This document shows positions 35,706 through 45,063 of a stretch of 64,000 bases of DNA, piece by piece. The DNA comes from an uncultured Flavobacteriales bacterium (GTDB taxonomy: Bacteria > Bacteroidota > Bacteroidia > Flavobacteriales > UBA1820), in the NCBI GenBank assembly GCA_902478645.1, contig CABSLV010000001.1:15701-79700 (forward strand). The letters are read 5' to 3'. Position 1 is the first letter of the stretch. Every line of letters begins with the position of its first letter. The notes beneath the pieces were generated by a model. It saw only the letters and a program-made list of their open reading frames with translations. It searched no databases and had not been told where the DNA came from. Both the position numbers and the translations under genes were made by a program.

Positions 35706-37319
35706 ATGAAACCCATCTACAGGTATCTGCTCTTCTTCCTCCTGCTCCTGCCGGCCATCGCCCTTCGGGATTACACCCCGGACAACGAACTGCGCTACAT
35801 CAGCCTGGTAAACGAAGCCCTGCAAAACGGCACCTGGTTTACCTTCTACGACCACGGCACGGTATATGCCGACAAACCACCCCTGTACTTCTGGTACATC
35901 GCCCTGATGCACTTCCTGCTGGGCGCCCACCACATGTGGGCCATAGCCTTGGCCAGCCTCCTGCCGGCTATCGGCATCATCGTCCTGATGGACCGGTGGA
36001 TGCGGGAAGAATCCGTCCCGTGCGACACCGCCCTGGCCGGGAGCATGCTGATGATCACCGCCATGTACATCGGCACCGCCCTGGTGTTGCGCATGGACAT
36101 GCTCATGGCGCTCTTTATCCTGCTGGCCTTGCGGGCATTCTACCGCCTCTACCAAGGCAAAGCCTCCCGATCCACCCGCTGGATGATCCCGGTGTACATC
36201 TTTCTGGCCATCTTTACCAAAGGCCCGGTCGGATTTCTGATGCCGATGGTCTCCATCGTCGCTTTCCTGGCGATCAAAAAAGACCTCCGACATTTCGGAC
36301 GCTACTTCGGATGGGGACAATGGGGCGTGCTCATCGGCCTGTGTGTCCTCTGGTTTTCGGCCGTCTATGCCGAAGGCGGCAGTGAATACCTCAACAACAT
36401 CCTGTTCAAACAAACGGTAGGCCGAGGGGTAAACTCCTTCCACCACGCCGAACCGTTCTACTACTACATAACCCATTTCGCTTACGCGCTGGCCCCCTGG
36501 TCGCTGCTCTACCTCGTCTCGTATGTAAAAGGCGTGAAGGCCCGGCTCTGGAAGACCGATCTGGAAAAATTCCTGGTCGCCGTATCGGCCTCGACCTTCA
36601 TCATGCTGTCGCTGGTAAGCTCCAAACTGGACATCTACCTGGTACCCGCCTACCCGTTCATGGTCTATCTCTCGGCCATCTGGATAGCCCGTACCGGTGC
36701 CTCGAAATGGTACTCGGCTGCCGCTGCCCTGCCCTGCCTGGTCTTTGCACTGGCCCTGCCCGCCGTCGCCGTATTGGGTGACAAACTCCCGTTCGGCCTG
36801 GGCGAATCCATCCCCACTTACCTCTGCGCAGGCGTGCTGTCCCTATCCGGGATCGCCGCACTGGTACTCATCTTCCGCGCGCGCATGGCCTGTGGCGTAA
36901 AGACCGCCACGATCGGATTCCTGGTGGCTGTATTCCTCGGTTCGTGGGCCATCCCCCGGGTCAATCCGCACATCGGATTCGAGTACCTCGGCGCACGTGC
37001 CTGCCAGATCGCCCAACAACACGGCATCGAGAGCTTTGCCTACTACAATTTCGACGAAGGCTGGTACATGGACACCTTTACCGGAGAGTCCTTCCACCGG
37101 ATCCACAACATGGACGAACTCGACTCGCTGGAATCCCTCCCCGAACCCTCGCTGCTGCTGGTCCGCCAGACGGAAGCCCGCCACGACAGCACTTTCACCG
37201 CCCACATTCGGGATTGGAAACCCGCCGAGGAAAAAGGCTCGTACCGCCTCTTCGTGATCGAAGGCAAGAAGGAAACCGGCGGGGCTACCCTTCCGCCTCG
37301 CTCCGGACAAGAACCCTGA
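35706..37319 (+). CDS. GT-C fold glycosyltransferase, ArnT/PMT_2-like (polyprenyl-phosphate-sugar dependent)
   Basis: 537 aa with about 11-12 TM helices. The N-terminal loop motif YADKPPLYFW is typical of the ArnT/GT83-GT39 family. Confidence 0.75.
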   Translation: MKPIYRYLLFFLLLLPAIALRDYTPDNELRYISLVNEALQNGTWFTFYDHGTVYADKPPLYFWYIALMHFLLGAHHMWAIALASLLPAIGIIVLMDRWMREESVPCDTALAGSMLMITAMYIGTALVLRMDMLMALFILLALRAFYRLYQGKASRSTRWMIPVYIFLAIFTKGPVGFLMPMVSIVAFLAIKKDLRHFGRYFGWGQWGVLIGLCVLWFSAVYAEGGSEYLNNILFKQTVGRGVNSFHHAEPFYYYITHFAYALAPWSLLYLVSYVKGVKARLWKTDLEKFLVAVSASTFIMLSLVSSKLDIYLVPAYPFMVYLSAIWIARTGASKWYSAAAALPCLVFALALPAVAVLGDKLPFGLGESIPTYLCAGVLSLSGIAALVLIFRARMACGVKTATIGFLVAVFLGSWAIPRVNPHIGFEYLGARACQIAQQHGIESFAYYNFDEGWYMDTFTGESFHRIHNMDELDSLESLPEPSLLLVRQTEARHDSTFTAHIRDWKPAEEKGSYRLFVIEGKKETGGATLPPRSGQEP

Positions 37320-37416
37320 GCCCTCCCCTATCTACCATCTACGCGCAAGGCGGCTGGCAATGTTTTGCTAGCCGCCTTGCGCGTTTACCCGCCCATGCGG
37401 AAAACCGGAAAGGAAA

Positions 37417-38700
37417 TTACTCCTCGATCAGCCCCATGCAATACGCCCGGAAGTCCTCCCAGCGGTAGAAGGGAAAACGGTCGGTCTCGATGGGAAGGTG
37501 CACCTCCTTTTCATTGAGCAGCACCTTGACCAGGATGTCGTCCTTCGGATCGCCTTTTTTCTTGTGGAAGAACACGATCTGCAGGTTGGCCGCCATGGGC
37601 GAAATCTTGAAATCGGCCCAATGCCGGTACAGCGTGTACGGATCGTCCACGCTCACCCCGCAGTTTTCCACCCCCAGCAGCCCGGTGAGCGGAGTGATGT
37701 TCGAGTCGTGGGCGAAACGCAGTGTAGCCGCCGTATTGCCGTCGGCGATCGCCCGGTCGGCACTCTCGATGATGTTGCGCAGCAAAGGCTTGTAGCTGTC
37801 GATGATCACCCCGTCGGAGCCCTTCGGGTTGGCATCGGCAAAGTAGAACAAGCAGTTGAAACACTGCCAGAGGTCGAAAAGTTCCTCGGGCGTGAACAGA
37901 TCGTAAAACGAGACGGGCGTCTCCACATTCTGCATGTCGCTGGCCACCCAATAAAAATCCCACATCGTTTCGATCGGATCGACATTCTTGAGCACGAACT
38001 CCTCGTCGCTGAACAGCGAAGCGATAAAACGGTCGGTGTGCGTCTGGGCCCGGCGGAATTTCTCGTACTCGATCCTCCAGGGAGCCTTCGGCCCGATGTA
38101 CTCCTGGGCCTGGGGCGAGCGGTAAGTCAGGTAAGCCATGTACTTCTGGCTCGACTCGTAGGTAATGGCCAAACGCGGATTGAGCTCCTTCAGACGATCG
38201 CCGAAGGCCGCCATGCTCATCGCACAGCGCAGGATCACGGACGAGCGCGCCGAGATGGTCCTTCCGTCGGCAAATACCTCGGGATATGCCCCGTACATCC
38301 GTTCGGCAATCCCGCGATGCTGCCGGATCCCCAAAGGCGAAAGGTCTCCGGCGTGTCCCTCGGCCTCCTCATAGACGCGACGAAGACGCTGGAGCGCATC
38401 CTTCCCCAGGGGGGTCAGCGCCTCGGCTGCCTCGGCCTTCTCCATCAGGGAGAGCACCTCCGTATACTCCGTCTCTTCCAGCAGGAAACGCGATCCGTGC
38501 CGACCGAAGTGGCTGATGTAAAACGGCACATAGCCCTTGGGGGGCGGAGTAGCGATGTACTCTTTCGGTGCCGGATAAGCGTAATACACCCCCGCTGTCT
38601 TTTCGGGAGTGGCCAACATTTCTTCCTTCGTAGCCTGTCCTGCGAGAGAGAGTCCGCCGAAAAGGGCCACGAAACACAGTGTCAAATACTTCATTCCCAT
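37417..38700 (-). CDS. secreted histidine acid phosphatase (branch 2, MINPP/phytase-like)
   Basis: Signal peptide MKYLTLCFVALFGGLSLAG. Contains the catalytic RHGSR motif and a downstream HDSN motif. Confidence 0.8.
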   Translation of the reverse strand: MGMKYLTLCFVALFGGLSLAGQATKEEMLATPEKTAGVYYAYPAPKEYIATPPPKGYVPFYISHFGRHGSRFLLEETEYTEVLSLMEKAEAAEALTPLGKDALQRLRRVYEEAEGHAGDLSPLGIRQHRGIAERMYGAYPEVFADGRTISARSSVILRCAMSMAAFGDRLKELNPRLAITYESSQKYMAYLTYRSPQAQEYIGPKAPWRIEYEKFRRAQTHTDRFIASLFSDEEFVLKNVDPIETMWDFYWVASDMQNVETPVSFYDLFTPEELFDLWQCFNCLFYFADANPKGSDGVIIDSYKPLLRNIIESADRAIADGNTAATLRFAHDSNITPLTGLLGVENCGVSVDDPYTLYRHWADFKISPMAANLQIVFFHKKKGDPKDDILVKVLLNEKEVHLPIETDRFPFYRWEDFRAYCMGLIEE

Positions 38701-38725
38701 ATTTCCTTCGAGATTTCAGTTTTGA

Positions 38726-38733
38726 CAAATTTA
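38726..38733 (-). promoter_or_regulatory. -7 box TAAATTTG
   Basis: Reverse complement of caaattta, about 26 nt upstream of the ATG at 38700. Confidence 0.55.
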
Positions 38734-38806
38734 GACAAAAAACCACACGGGCTTTCCCCCGGGGAAAATTTCAAGGAAAAAATCCGCCTTACACCCTCGC
38801 TGCAGA

Positions 38807-39445
38807 CTACCGGGCGGATTCGCTGCGGGCCGCCTTGCGCGAGATCATGATGTTGCGCAGGTACACCACAAAACCGGTGGATTGCCCCAGGATAAGCACC
38901 GGATCGCGGCGGATGATGGCATACGCAATGATCATCCCCGAACCCAGCAGGCTGATGAGCCAGAACGTAGTAGGCAGCAGCGACTCGCCGGCCCGGGCCG
39001 AATAGCGCCACTGATAGATAAAACGCAGGGTAAAGGTAAACTGCCCCACCGTCCCGAAAACGATGAGCCACCCCGGGATATTCTCCTGCTGGAAAAGATG
39101 CTCGGCCGTTTCCCGCCAATCGACGGCAAACCAACACACGGCCACCACCGGCAGGTACGACACCACCGCCCGCAACACCGCCGGCATGGTATCCCAGGCT
39201 TTCTTGGCGCGCAGGTTCCAGATGTAGATGTAATAAGAAATCAACTGACCGGCTATGATGGCAAAATCGTTCCGCAACCATCCGTACACGCACAGCATGA
39301 ACGAAGCGGCCATGCTCATCTGCCAGAACAGGGTCGGCGAGAGGACTTTCTTGGCCCGTTCCGAGGCGATCCACTGCACCAGCAAGCGGCCCGAAAAGAG
39401 GATCTGCGCCGCGATGCCGATCAGAAAGACGAGGTACGGATTCAT
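38807..39445 (-). CDS. membrane protein with two lipid-A-biosynthesis N-terminal (LAB_N) domains
   Basis: Two repeats of the pattern Q..F..R...QW..SE+....P..FW..S......Y...R.D......Q. ATGA overlap with the upstream GT2 gene. Confidence 0.7.
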   Translation of the reverse strand: MNPYLVFLIGIAAQILFSGRLLVQWIASERAKKVLSPTLFWQMSMAASFMLCVYGWLRNDFAIIAGQLISYYIYIWNLRAKKAWDTMPAVLRAVVSYLPVVAVCWFAVDWRETAEHLFQQENIPGWLIVFGTVGQFTFTLRFIYQWRYSARAGESLLPTTFWLISLLGSGMIIAYAIIRRDPVLILGQSTGFVVYLRNIMISRKAARSESAR

Positions 39446-40170
39446 AAATCGGTGTCTTTCACCTTGTAATTGATGTAGCGGCTCTTCATCCAGCGGTAGG
39501 CGAAGCAGTCATTGAAAGGACCGATGAGACGATTCCACATCGTGTACTTCGACTTGCCGGCCGTACGGGGGAAATGCCGGATGGGTACCTGCTTGACCGT
39601 GCCGTTCTGCAGGGCGATCAAGGCCGGGACAAACCGGTGCAGACCGGTGAACAACGGCATCCGCTTGGCATTTTCGGTACGGATCAACTTCAACGGGCAA
39701 CCCGTATCCTTGGCATCGTCGCCGGTCATCATCCGGCGGAAAGCATTGCCGATCTTCGACTGGATGCGCTTGGCCAGGGTGTCCTTGCGGTTGGCGCGGA
39801 TACCGGTTACCAACGTGTATTGGTCGGCGTATTCGGCCAGGAGATTGAAATCCTCCGGAGTGGTCTGCAGGTCGGCGTCGATGTAGCCCACGTAGGTCGA
39901 CTGGGCATAGTCGATCCCCGCCTTCATCGCAGCCGAATTGCCGCAATTTTTCTCGAAGCAGAGATAAAACATATCCGGATTGCGCCCGCAAATATCCCGG
40001 ATCATTTCGGTCGATCCGTCGGTGGAGCCGTCGTCCACGAAAAGGATGCACGAAACCAGTTTCGCCGTAGCGAGGTATTTCTTCAGTTCCTCTTCGAGCC
40101 GTTGCATGTTGTCCCGCTCGTTGAACACGGGCACGATCACGGTCATGAAATAATCCTGGGTCTTGTTCAT
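39442..40170 (-). CDS. family 2 glycosyltransferase, polyprenyl-phosphate glycosyltransferase-like (ArnC/GtrB/DPM1-like)
   Basis: Start set at MNKTQDYFMTVIVPVFNE (in-frame), supported by a TACCTTTG box 25 nt upstream. Contains DDGSTDGS and DADLQ motifs and a C-terminal TM region. Confidence 0.8.
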   Translation of the reverse strand: MNKTQDYFMTVIVPVFNERDNMQRLEEELKKYLATAKLVSCILFVDDGSTDGSTEMIRDICGRNPDMFYLCFEKNCGNSAAMKAGIDYAQSTYVGYIDADLQTTPEDFNLLAEYADQYTLVTGIRANRKDTLAKRIQSKIGNAFRRMMTGDDAKDTGCPLKLIRTENAKRMPLFTGLHRFVPALIALQNGTVKQVPIRHFPRTAGKSKYTMWNRLIGPFNDCFAYRWMKSRYINYKVKDTDL

Positions 40171-40194
40171 TGGGCCATAAAGTTTAGACGCTGA

Positions 40195-40202
40195 CAAAGG
40201 TA
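40195..40202 (-). promoter_or_regulatory. -7 box TACCTTTG for the GT2/LAB_N pair
   Basis: Reverse complement of caaaggta. Confidence 0.55.
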
Positions 40203-40351
40203 CGTTTTTTTTTGCATCCCCGCATCCCGCCCACAGACGGTTTTCCCGCCATCGGCCTCCCTTCCCCACAGAAAATCGTCCCAAAGGACCCTTTCTCCGA
40301 AAAAAAGACGAGAAAAACACGCAAAAGCCCCGTTCTCCCGCGCTTCTTTCC

Positions 40352-41539
40352 TTAGGAAAGCACCTTCCGGATCGCCTCCACCGCCGCATCGATCTCCTGC
40401 GAAGTATTGAACCGGCCTATCGACACACGCAGCGACGGACACCCCGCCATCGGGTCCTGCGGCCCGTACAACTGTCCCAACACCGCCGAAGGCTCCAGCG
40501 CCCCGGCCATGCACGCGCTGCCGGCCGAGACCTGCACCCCGGCCATATCCAGGGAGAGCAGCACGATCGAAGCATCTTTTTTCACCGGAAGAGTAATGTT
40601 GACCACCCCCGGAAGGACCTCGCTTCCACCCTGGCGGCACAAACCGTTGAAGCGAACCCCCGGCATCGTCTCCAGTCCCCGCACCAGCCGATCCCGCAAA
40701 CGGGACACCTCCGCCGCATCCTGCTGCATGCGTTCCGCAGCGATCCGCAGCGCGCAGCACATCCCGGCGATCCCCGCCACGTTTTCCGTCCCGGAGCGCA
40801 TCCCTCGCTCCTGCCCCCCTCCGAGGATCCAGGCGGGAAGGCTTCCCTCCTGCCGGATGTAGAGCAAACCCACGCCCTTGGGACCATGGAACTTGTGCGC
40901 CGAAGCCGAAAGGAAATCCACCGGCAATTTCTCCAGATCGAGCGCCACCCTTCCGACCGTCTGCACCGCATCCGTATGGTACAACGCCCCATAGCGATGA
41001 CAAAGCTCCCCGATGGCGCAAAGGTCGTACAGGTTGCCCGTCTCGTTGTTGGCGTGCATCAGGCTGACCAGCGTAGGTGTATCCTCCCCGCAGGAGAGGA
41101 TGCGTTCGAGTTCGTCCATACGCAGACGGCCGTCCGACTCCAGTCCCACGTATTCCACCCGGACAGGATGGGGGGTATCCGCCCCGTTCTCCTGTTCGAT
41201 GGCCTCCAGGGTACGCGTTATCGCATGGTGTTCCGCCCGGCAGGACACGATGCGCCGGATGCCCTTGTGAACCGCCCCCCGCAGGACCGTATTGTCGCTT
41301 TCCGTTCCCCCGGAGGTAAAAAACACCTGGGAGCCTCGCGCACCGAGCAGCGCCGCAATCTCCCGGCGGGAGGTCTCGACCACAACCTTGGCGTCGCGCC
41401 CGGCCGTATGGGTGGACGAGGGGTTGGCAAAGGTATCGTAGAGCACTTGCCCCATGGTGAGGATCACTTCAGGCAAGGGGCGGGTGGTGGCGGCATTGTC
41501 CAGATAAATGGGCTGCGGGCCCTGGTGGGGTTTGTCCAT
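40352..41539 (-). CDS. cysteine desulfurase (class V aminotransferase, NifS/IscS-like)
   Basis: Start set at MDKPHQGPQPIYLDNAATT. Contains the PLP-lysine motif SASAHKFHGPKGVG and the active-site loop SAGSAC. Confidence 0.85.
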   Translation of the reverse strand: MDKPHQGPQPIYLDNAATTRPLPEVILTMGQVLYDTFANPSSTHTAGRDAKVVVETSRREIAALLGARGSQVFFTSGGTESDNTVLRGAVHKGIRRIVSCRAEHHAITRTLEAIEQENGADTPHPVRVEYVGLESDGRLRMDELERILSCGEDTPTLVSLMHANNETGNLYDLCAIGELCHRYGALYHTDAVQTVGRVALDLEKLPVDFLSASAHKFHGPKGVGLLYIRQEGSLPAWILGGGQERGMRSGTENVAGIAGMCCALRIAAERMQQDAAEVSRLRDRLVRGLETMPGVRFNGLCRQGGSEVLPGVVNITLPVKKDASIVLLSLDMAGVQVSAGSACMAGALEPSAVLGQLYGPQDPMAGCPSLRVSIGRFNTSQEIDAAVEAIRKVLS

Positions 41540-41637
41540 GATCGTTGCAAGAATGTTTCCGAGAGGCAAAGTTCCGGGATTTCCTCCGGATTGCACAAGA
41601 ATTTTGTTTTTTTATTTGTTTTCAGCAGAAGTATTTA

Positions 41638-41645
41638 TAACTTTG
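41638..41645 (+). promoter_or_regulatory. -7 box TAACTTTG for rpmE2
   Basis: Lies 121 nt upstream of the ATG at 41766. Confidence 0.5.
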
Positions 41646-41765
41646 CGCTCTCCGTGCAAGACCCTGCCCTTGCCGGTTTCGCCCACGGGAAACGAAAGGC
41701 CCGACCAACCTTCCGAGCCCAGGCAAGACATTGAGTATCCGAAATAAAAAGAATTCGAAAATACG

Positions 41766-42011
41766 ATGAAAAAAGGTATCCATCCCGAAAATTACAGACT
41801 TTGCGCATTCCGCGACATGTCCAACGGAGAAACGTTCATCACTCACTCCACCGCCGACACCAAAGATACGGTAGAAATCGACGGAGTAACTTACCCGCTG
41901 GTAAAGCTGGAAATCTCCGCCGCTTCGCACCCCTTCTACACCGGCAAGGTGAAACTGGTCGATACGGCCGGTCGTGTGGACAAGTTCCGCAAGAAATACG
42001 GCGTGAAGTAA
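41766..42011 (+). CDS. rpmE2: 50S ribosomal protein L31, type B (no Zn ribbon)
   Basis: MKKGIHPENY ... HPFYTGK. The CxxC pairs are absent. Confidence 0.9.
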   Translation: MKKGIHPENYRLCAFRDMSNGETFITHSTADTKDTVEIDGVTYPLVKLEISAASHPFYTGKVKLVDTAGRVDKFRKKYGVK

Positions 42012-42069
42012 TCTTCCGCAAAGTACATCCCCCCCACTCGATGGAACTCCTGCCCGCACACCCCGCGGA

Positions 42070-42681
42070 CTAACGAGCCGCCTCCCGAGCGCGAAGCCGG
42101 AACAAGGCATCCAGACGGTCGGCCTCGCGTTCCTTTTCCGGAAAATCCACCGCCGTCACCACCATATCGGCCCGTTCCGCCCGCTGAAGATCGGACATCT
42201 GCCGCTCCATCCGCGCCAAAACCTGCTCGCGGGACAAACCATCGCGCGCCATCGTACGCTCGATACGCACCTGCTGCGGAATACACACCGCCACCGTCGT
42301 ATCGCACCGACGGTCGCCACCGGACTCGAAAAGGATCGCCGACTCGAACACCGCATACGGCCCCTGGGCGCACAAACGCCAGTGCTCAAAATCCCTGTAC
42401 ACCGCCGGATGCACCAAGGCATCGAGCCGGGCCAGAAGCCCCGCATCGGCAAAAACCTTCCCGGCCACATACCCACGATCCAAACATCCCTGCACATAGG
42501 CACGCTCGCCGAGCAAAGCCCGGATACCCGCCATCAGGACCGGATCGGAATCCATCAGTTCCTTGGCTCGCACATCGGCCGAATACACCGCCGCACCGCG
42601 CCGGGCCAGCATCGCCGCCAGCGTGCTTTTCCCCGAGCCGATCCCGCCGGTAAGCCCTACGGTATAGAGAGGATGCTTCAT
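42070..42681 (-). CDS. coaE: dephospho-CoA kinase
   Basis: Contains the P-loop VGLTGGIGSGKST. Confidence 0.9.
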   Translation of the reverse strand: MKHPLYTVGLTGGIGSGKSTLAAMLARRGAAVYSADVRAKELMDSDPVLMAGIRALLGERAYVQGCLDRGYVAGKVFADAGLLARLDALVHPAVYRDFEHWRLCAQGPYAVFESAILFESGGDRRCDTTVAVCIPQQVRIERTMARDGLSREQVLARMERQMSDLQRAERADMVVTAVDFPEKEREADRLDALFRLRAREAAR

Positions 42682-42694
42682 CGCATTTTCAAGA

Positions 42695-43729
42695 TCAACG
42701 TTTCCGATAGATATACTGCACCCTTTCGGGTTCCAAAGTCACTTTGCCGGCAAAGGCCGGAGCAGCCGTCACCTTGGGATACACGTACCGCGAATCGGGA
42801 TCGGTGTGGGACAGATCGACCGTCACCCGGAAATTCTTTTCCTCGATCCGCGCATAATCCTCCACCGCCACCCGGTAACGGAGCGTCACCTTCGAAGGGA
42901 AAAACTTCGCCGACCATCCCGCCGGGGCACCCACGGCCCGCACCGGAACGCGGATCGTCCCTTCCGTATAGGGTTTTACCGTCAAGGACACGGCCACCCG
43001 CGGAGGTTCTACCCGCACCTTGCGCAAACCGGAAGGCAGCTCGACAGTCACCGAATCCGTCAGGGAAACGGACAGATTGCGATACGTCCGCTCGGGCAAA
43101 ACGATCCGGTCCAAAGTCTCCAACTCCTCCGGCGTGCCGAAAACTTTCACCTGTGCCGGTTGGATCATCACCGGATCGAACATCCCATACCCCGGACGAA
43201 AGTCGGTCCGCACCCCGGCCAATTCGATCGGGACGGTCTTGACCACCTCATCGCCCATGTTCAGGTAGATCGTATCGGCGTCGATCTGCTCGACACGGTC
43301 GGTAGACAAAACCGCTTGGGCGATCAGTTCGGGATGCTTGGCCGGCACCCAGAAATGACGCCCGTGGGCACTTTCCAGCACCTTGGTCAGATCGACCTCC
43401 AGCTGCCGCGAACCGACAGCATAGCTGAGCATGTTGAACCCGTTCATCTGTACCGCGATACCGATCTTCTGCGTCGAAAGTTCCCGCGACGAATATCCCG
43501 CCGGGGTATTCGTATAGACGGGCGAAACGGTAGCGGACATCACGTAGCCGTTTTCCACCTGTTTCAAAAACCAAATGACCAGGATCCCGACAAAAATAGC
43601 CAGCAACACCACCAGCGAGCGGTTGTGCCGTACCTTGACATTGAATATGCGGCGAAGTTCCCCCTTGATATCCGGATCCTGCGACGGATCCTCCCCGGGG
43701 GATTTCGGCCGGGAGTGTTCCTGTTCCAT
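42695..43729 (-). CDS. YbbR-like domain protein
   Basis: Start set at MEQEHSRP, supported by a TATTTTTG box about 33 nt upstream. One TM helix is followed by repeated beta-rich YbbR-type segments. Confidence 0.55.
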   Translation of the reverse strand: MEQEHSRPKSPGEDPSQDPDIKGELRRIFNVKVRHNRSLVVLLAIFVGILVIWFLKQVENGYVMSATVSPVYTNTPAGYSSRELSTQKIGIAVQMNGFNMLSYAVGSRQLEVDLTKVLESAHGRHFWVPAKHPELIAQAVLSTDRVEQIDADTIYLNMGDEVVKTVPIELAGVRTDFRPGYGMFDPVMIQPAQVKVFGTPEELETLDRIVLPERTYRNLSVSLTDSVTVELPSGLRKVRVEPPRVAVSLTVKPYTEGTIRVPVRAVGAPAGWSAKFFPSKVTLRYRVAVEDYARIEEKNFRVTVDLSHTDPDSRYVYPKVTAAPAFAGKVTLEPERVQYIYRKR

Positions 43730-43761
43730 ACCACGAAAATAAACAAACAAGGGGGAAACAA

Positions 43762-43769
43762 CAAAAATA
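43762..43769 (-). promoter_or_regulatory. -7 box TATTTTTG
   Basis: Reverse complement of caaaaata. Confidence 0.5.
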
Positions 43770-43803
43770 ACAAGCATACAATAACATTTCCCGGGACAAT
43801 TGC

Positions 43804-43811
43804 TATCTTTG
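43804..43811 (+). promoter_or_regulatory. -7 box TATCTTTG
   Basis: Lies upstream of the DUF4199 gene pair and divergent from the YbbR-like gene. Confidence 0.5.
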
Positions 43812-43919
43812 TTCAATAAACACCCGCCGGGTTTTCCGGCGAATTTCCCGATGCTGACAGAAAAGCTGCCGGGAAACCATCATACGCAAAACACTGAAAC
43901 AAAAAAATCTGACAAGCAC

Positions 43920-44447
43920 ATGGACAATTCTTCCGTCTTCTCCCACGGCATAAAAACAGGCATCATCGCCGGGGTGGCCGCCATTCTGGTAACGCTTTTG
44001 GCTTACGTACTGAACATCAACATGCTCGGTTGGGGTTTCATGGGGATGAGCTACCTGATCCTTATCGGAGTGATGATCTACGGACTGCTGGGCTTCCGCA
44101 AAGCCAACGGCGGCTATATGGCTTTCGCCCAAGGCCTCCTCATTGTCCTGACAGCCGGGATGATCTGTGCGGTGATCAACTACTTCTTCGGTTTGCTCTA
44201 CTACAACGTCATCAACCCCGGATTTGAACAGGAAGTCATCGAAAACTCCCTGGCCGCCTACGAAAAGGTGGGCATCACCGTAACCGACGAGGTAGAAGAA
44301 CTCATCCGCTCCAATGCCGAAGCCAGCACGCATTTCTCCTGGAGATATTTTTCGTATGCCATCGTATTGGCACTATTCGTTTGGACGATCCTGAGTCTTA
44401 TCCTCGGGGCGATCTTTTCCAAGAAAGACCCCAACGACATCCTGTAA
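43920..44447 (+). CDS. DUF4199-like membrane protein
   Basis: Four predicted TM helices. The start is uncertain between 43851 and 43920. Confidence 0.6.
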   Translation: MDNSSVFSHGIKTGIIAGVAAILVTLLAYVLNINMLGWGFMGMSYLILIGVMIYGLLGFRKANGGYMAFAQGLLIVLTAGMICAVINYFFGLLYYNVINPGFEQEVIENSLAAYEKVGITVTDEVEELIRSNAEASTHFSWRYFSYAIVLALFVWTILSLILGAIFSKKDPNDIL

Positions 44448-44483
44448 ACCCGAAATCATCCAACCCATATATACCCGTCCGAA

Positions 44484-45005
44484 ATGGAAAAAAGAATGTC
44501 TGTCGGCCAGTACGCTTTCTACTACGGAGTAACCACGGGCTTTGCCCTGGCGCTTATCTCGCTGCTGAGCTACGTGCCCATGCTGGGAACGATCGCATGG
44601 CTGCTGCGCCTGCTCGCCCTGGTATTCCTCACCATGTACTTCGTGCGGCGTTACCGCGACCAGTTCAACGGCGGGACACTCACCTCGGGCGAAGGCTTCC
44701 TGCTCACCTTCCTGATGTTCCTCTACATCGGCATCATCGCCGCCTTGTACTCCGGAGCACAGATCGCCCTGATGGCCGCAAAGGACTCGCAGGAGCTCTT
44801 CCTGCTGCTGCAGCAGACCTACGAAGATGCCGGGATCGACATCCCCGACCAGACCATCCGCGATGTGATCAAGATCGTACCCTATGTCGTCGGTATTTTT
44901 TACATCCTCGGACACCTGGTCGTCGGAGCGATCTTCGGCGCGATTTACTCCTCGTCCTTCCGACGGGATGCCCCCTATCCTCCCGAAGGACAACCCATGA
45001 ACTGA
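44484..45005 (+). CDS. DUF4199-like membrane protein (paralogue)
   Basis: Same topology and length class as the preceding gene. Confidence 0.6.
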   Translation: MEKRMSVGQYAFYYGVTTGFALALISLLSYVPMLGTIAWLLRLLALVFLTMYFVRRYRDQFNGGTLTSGEGFLLTFLMFLYIGIIAALYSGAQIALMAAKDSQELFLLLQQTYEDAGIDIPDQTIRDVIKIVPYVVGIFYILGHLVVGAIFGAIYSSSFRRDAPYPPEGQPMN

Positions 45006-45063
45006 TCCGCTCCCGGGAACGATTCCCGGGGACAGCAACCGAAAAAAGAAAGGGACACCGAAC

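Noticed and set aside
35633-36385. 250-aa ORF overlapping the 5' half of the ArnT-like gene in another frame
   Set aside because: It has a Pro/Arg/His-rich translation with no motifs. The 35706 frame gives a coherent multi-TM GT-C protein.
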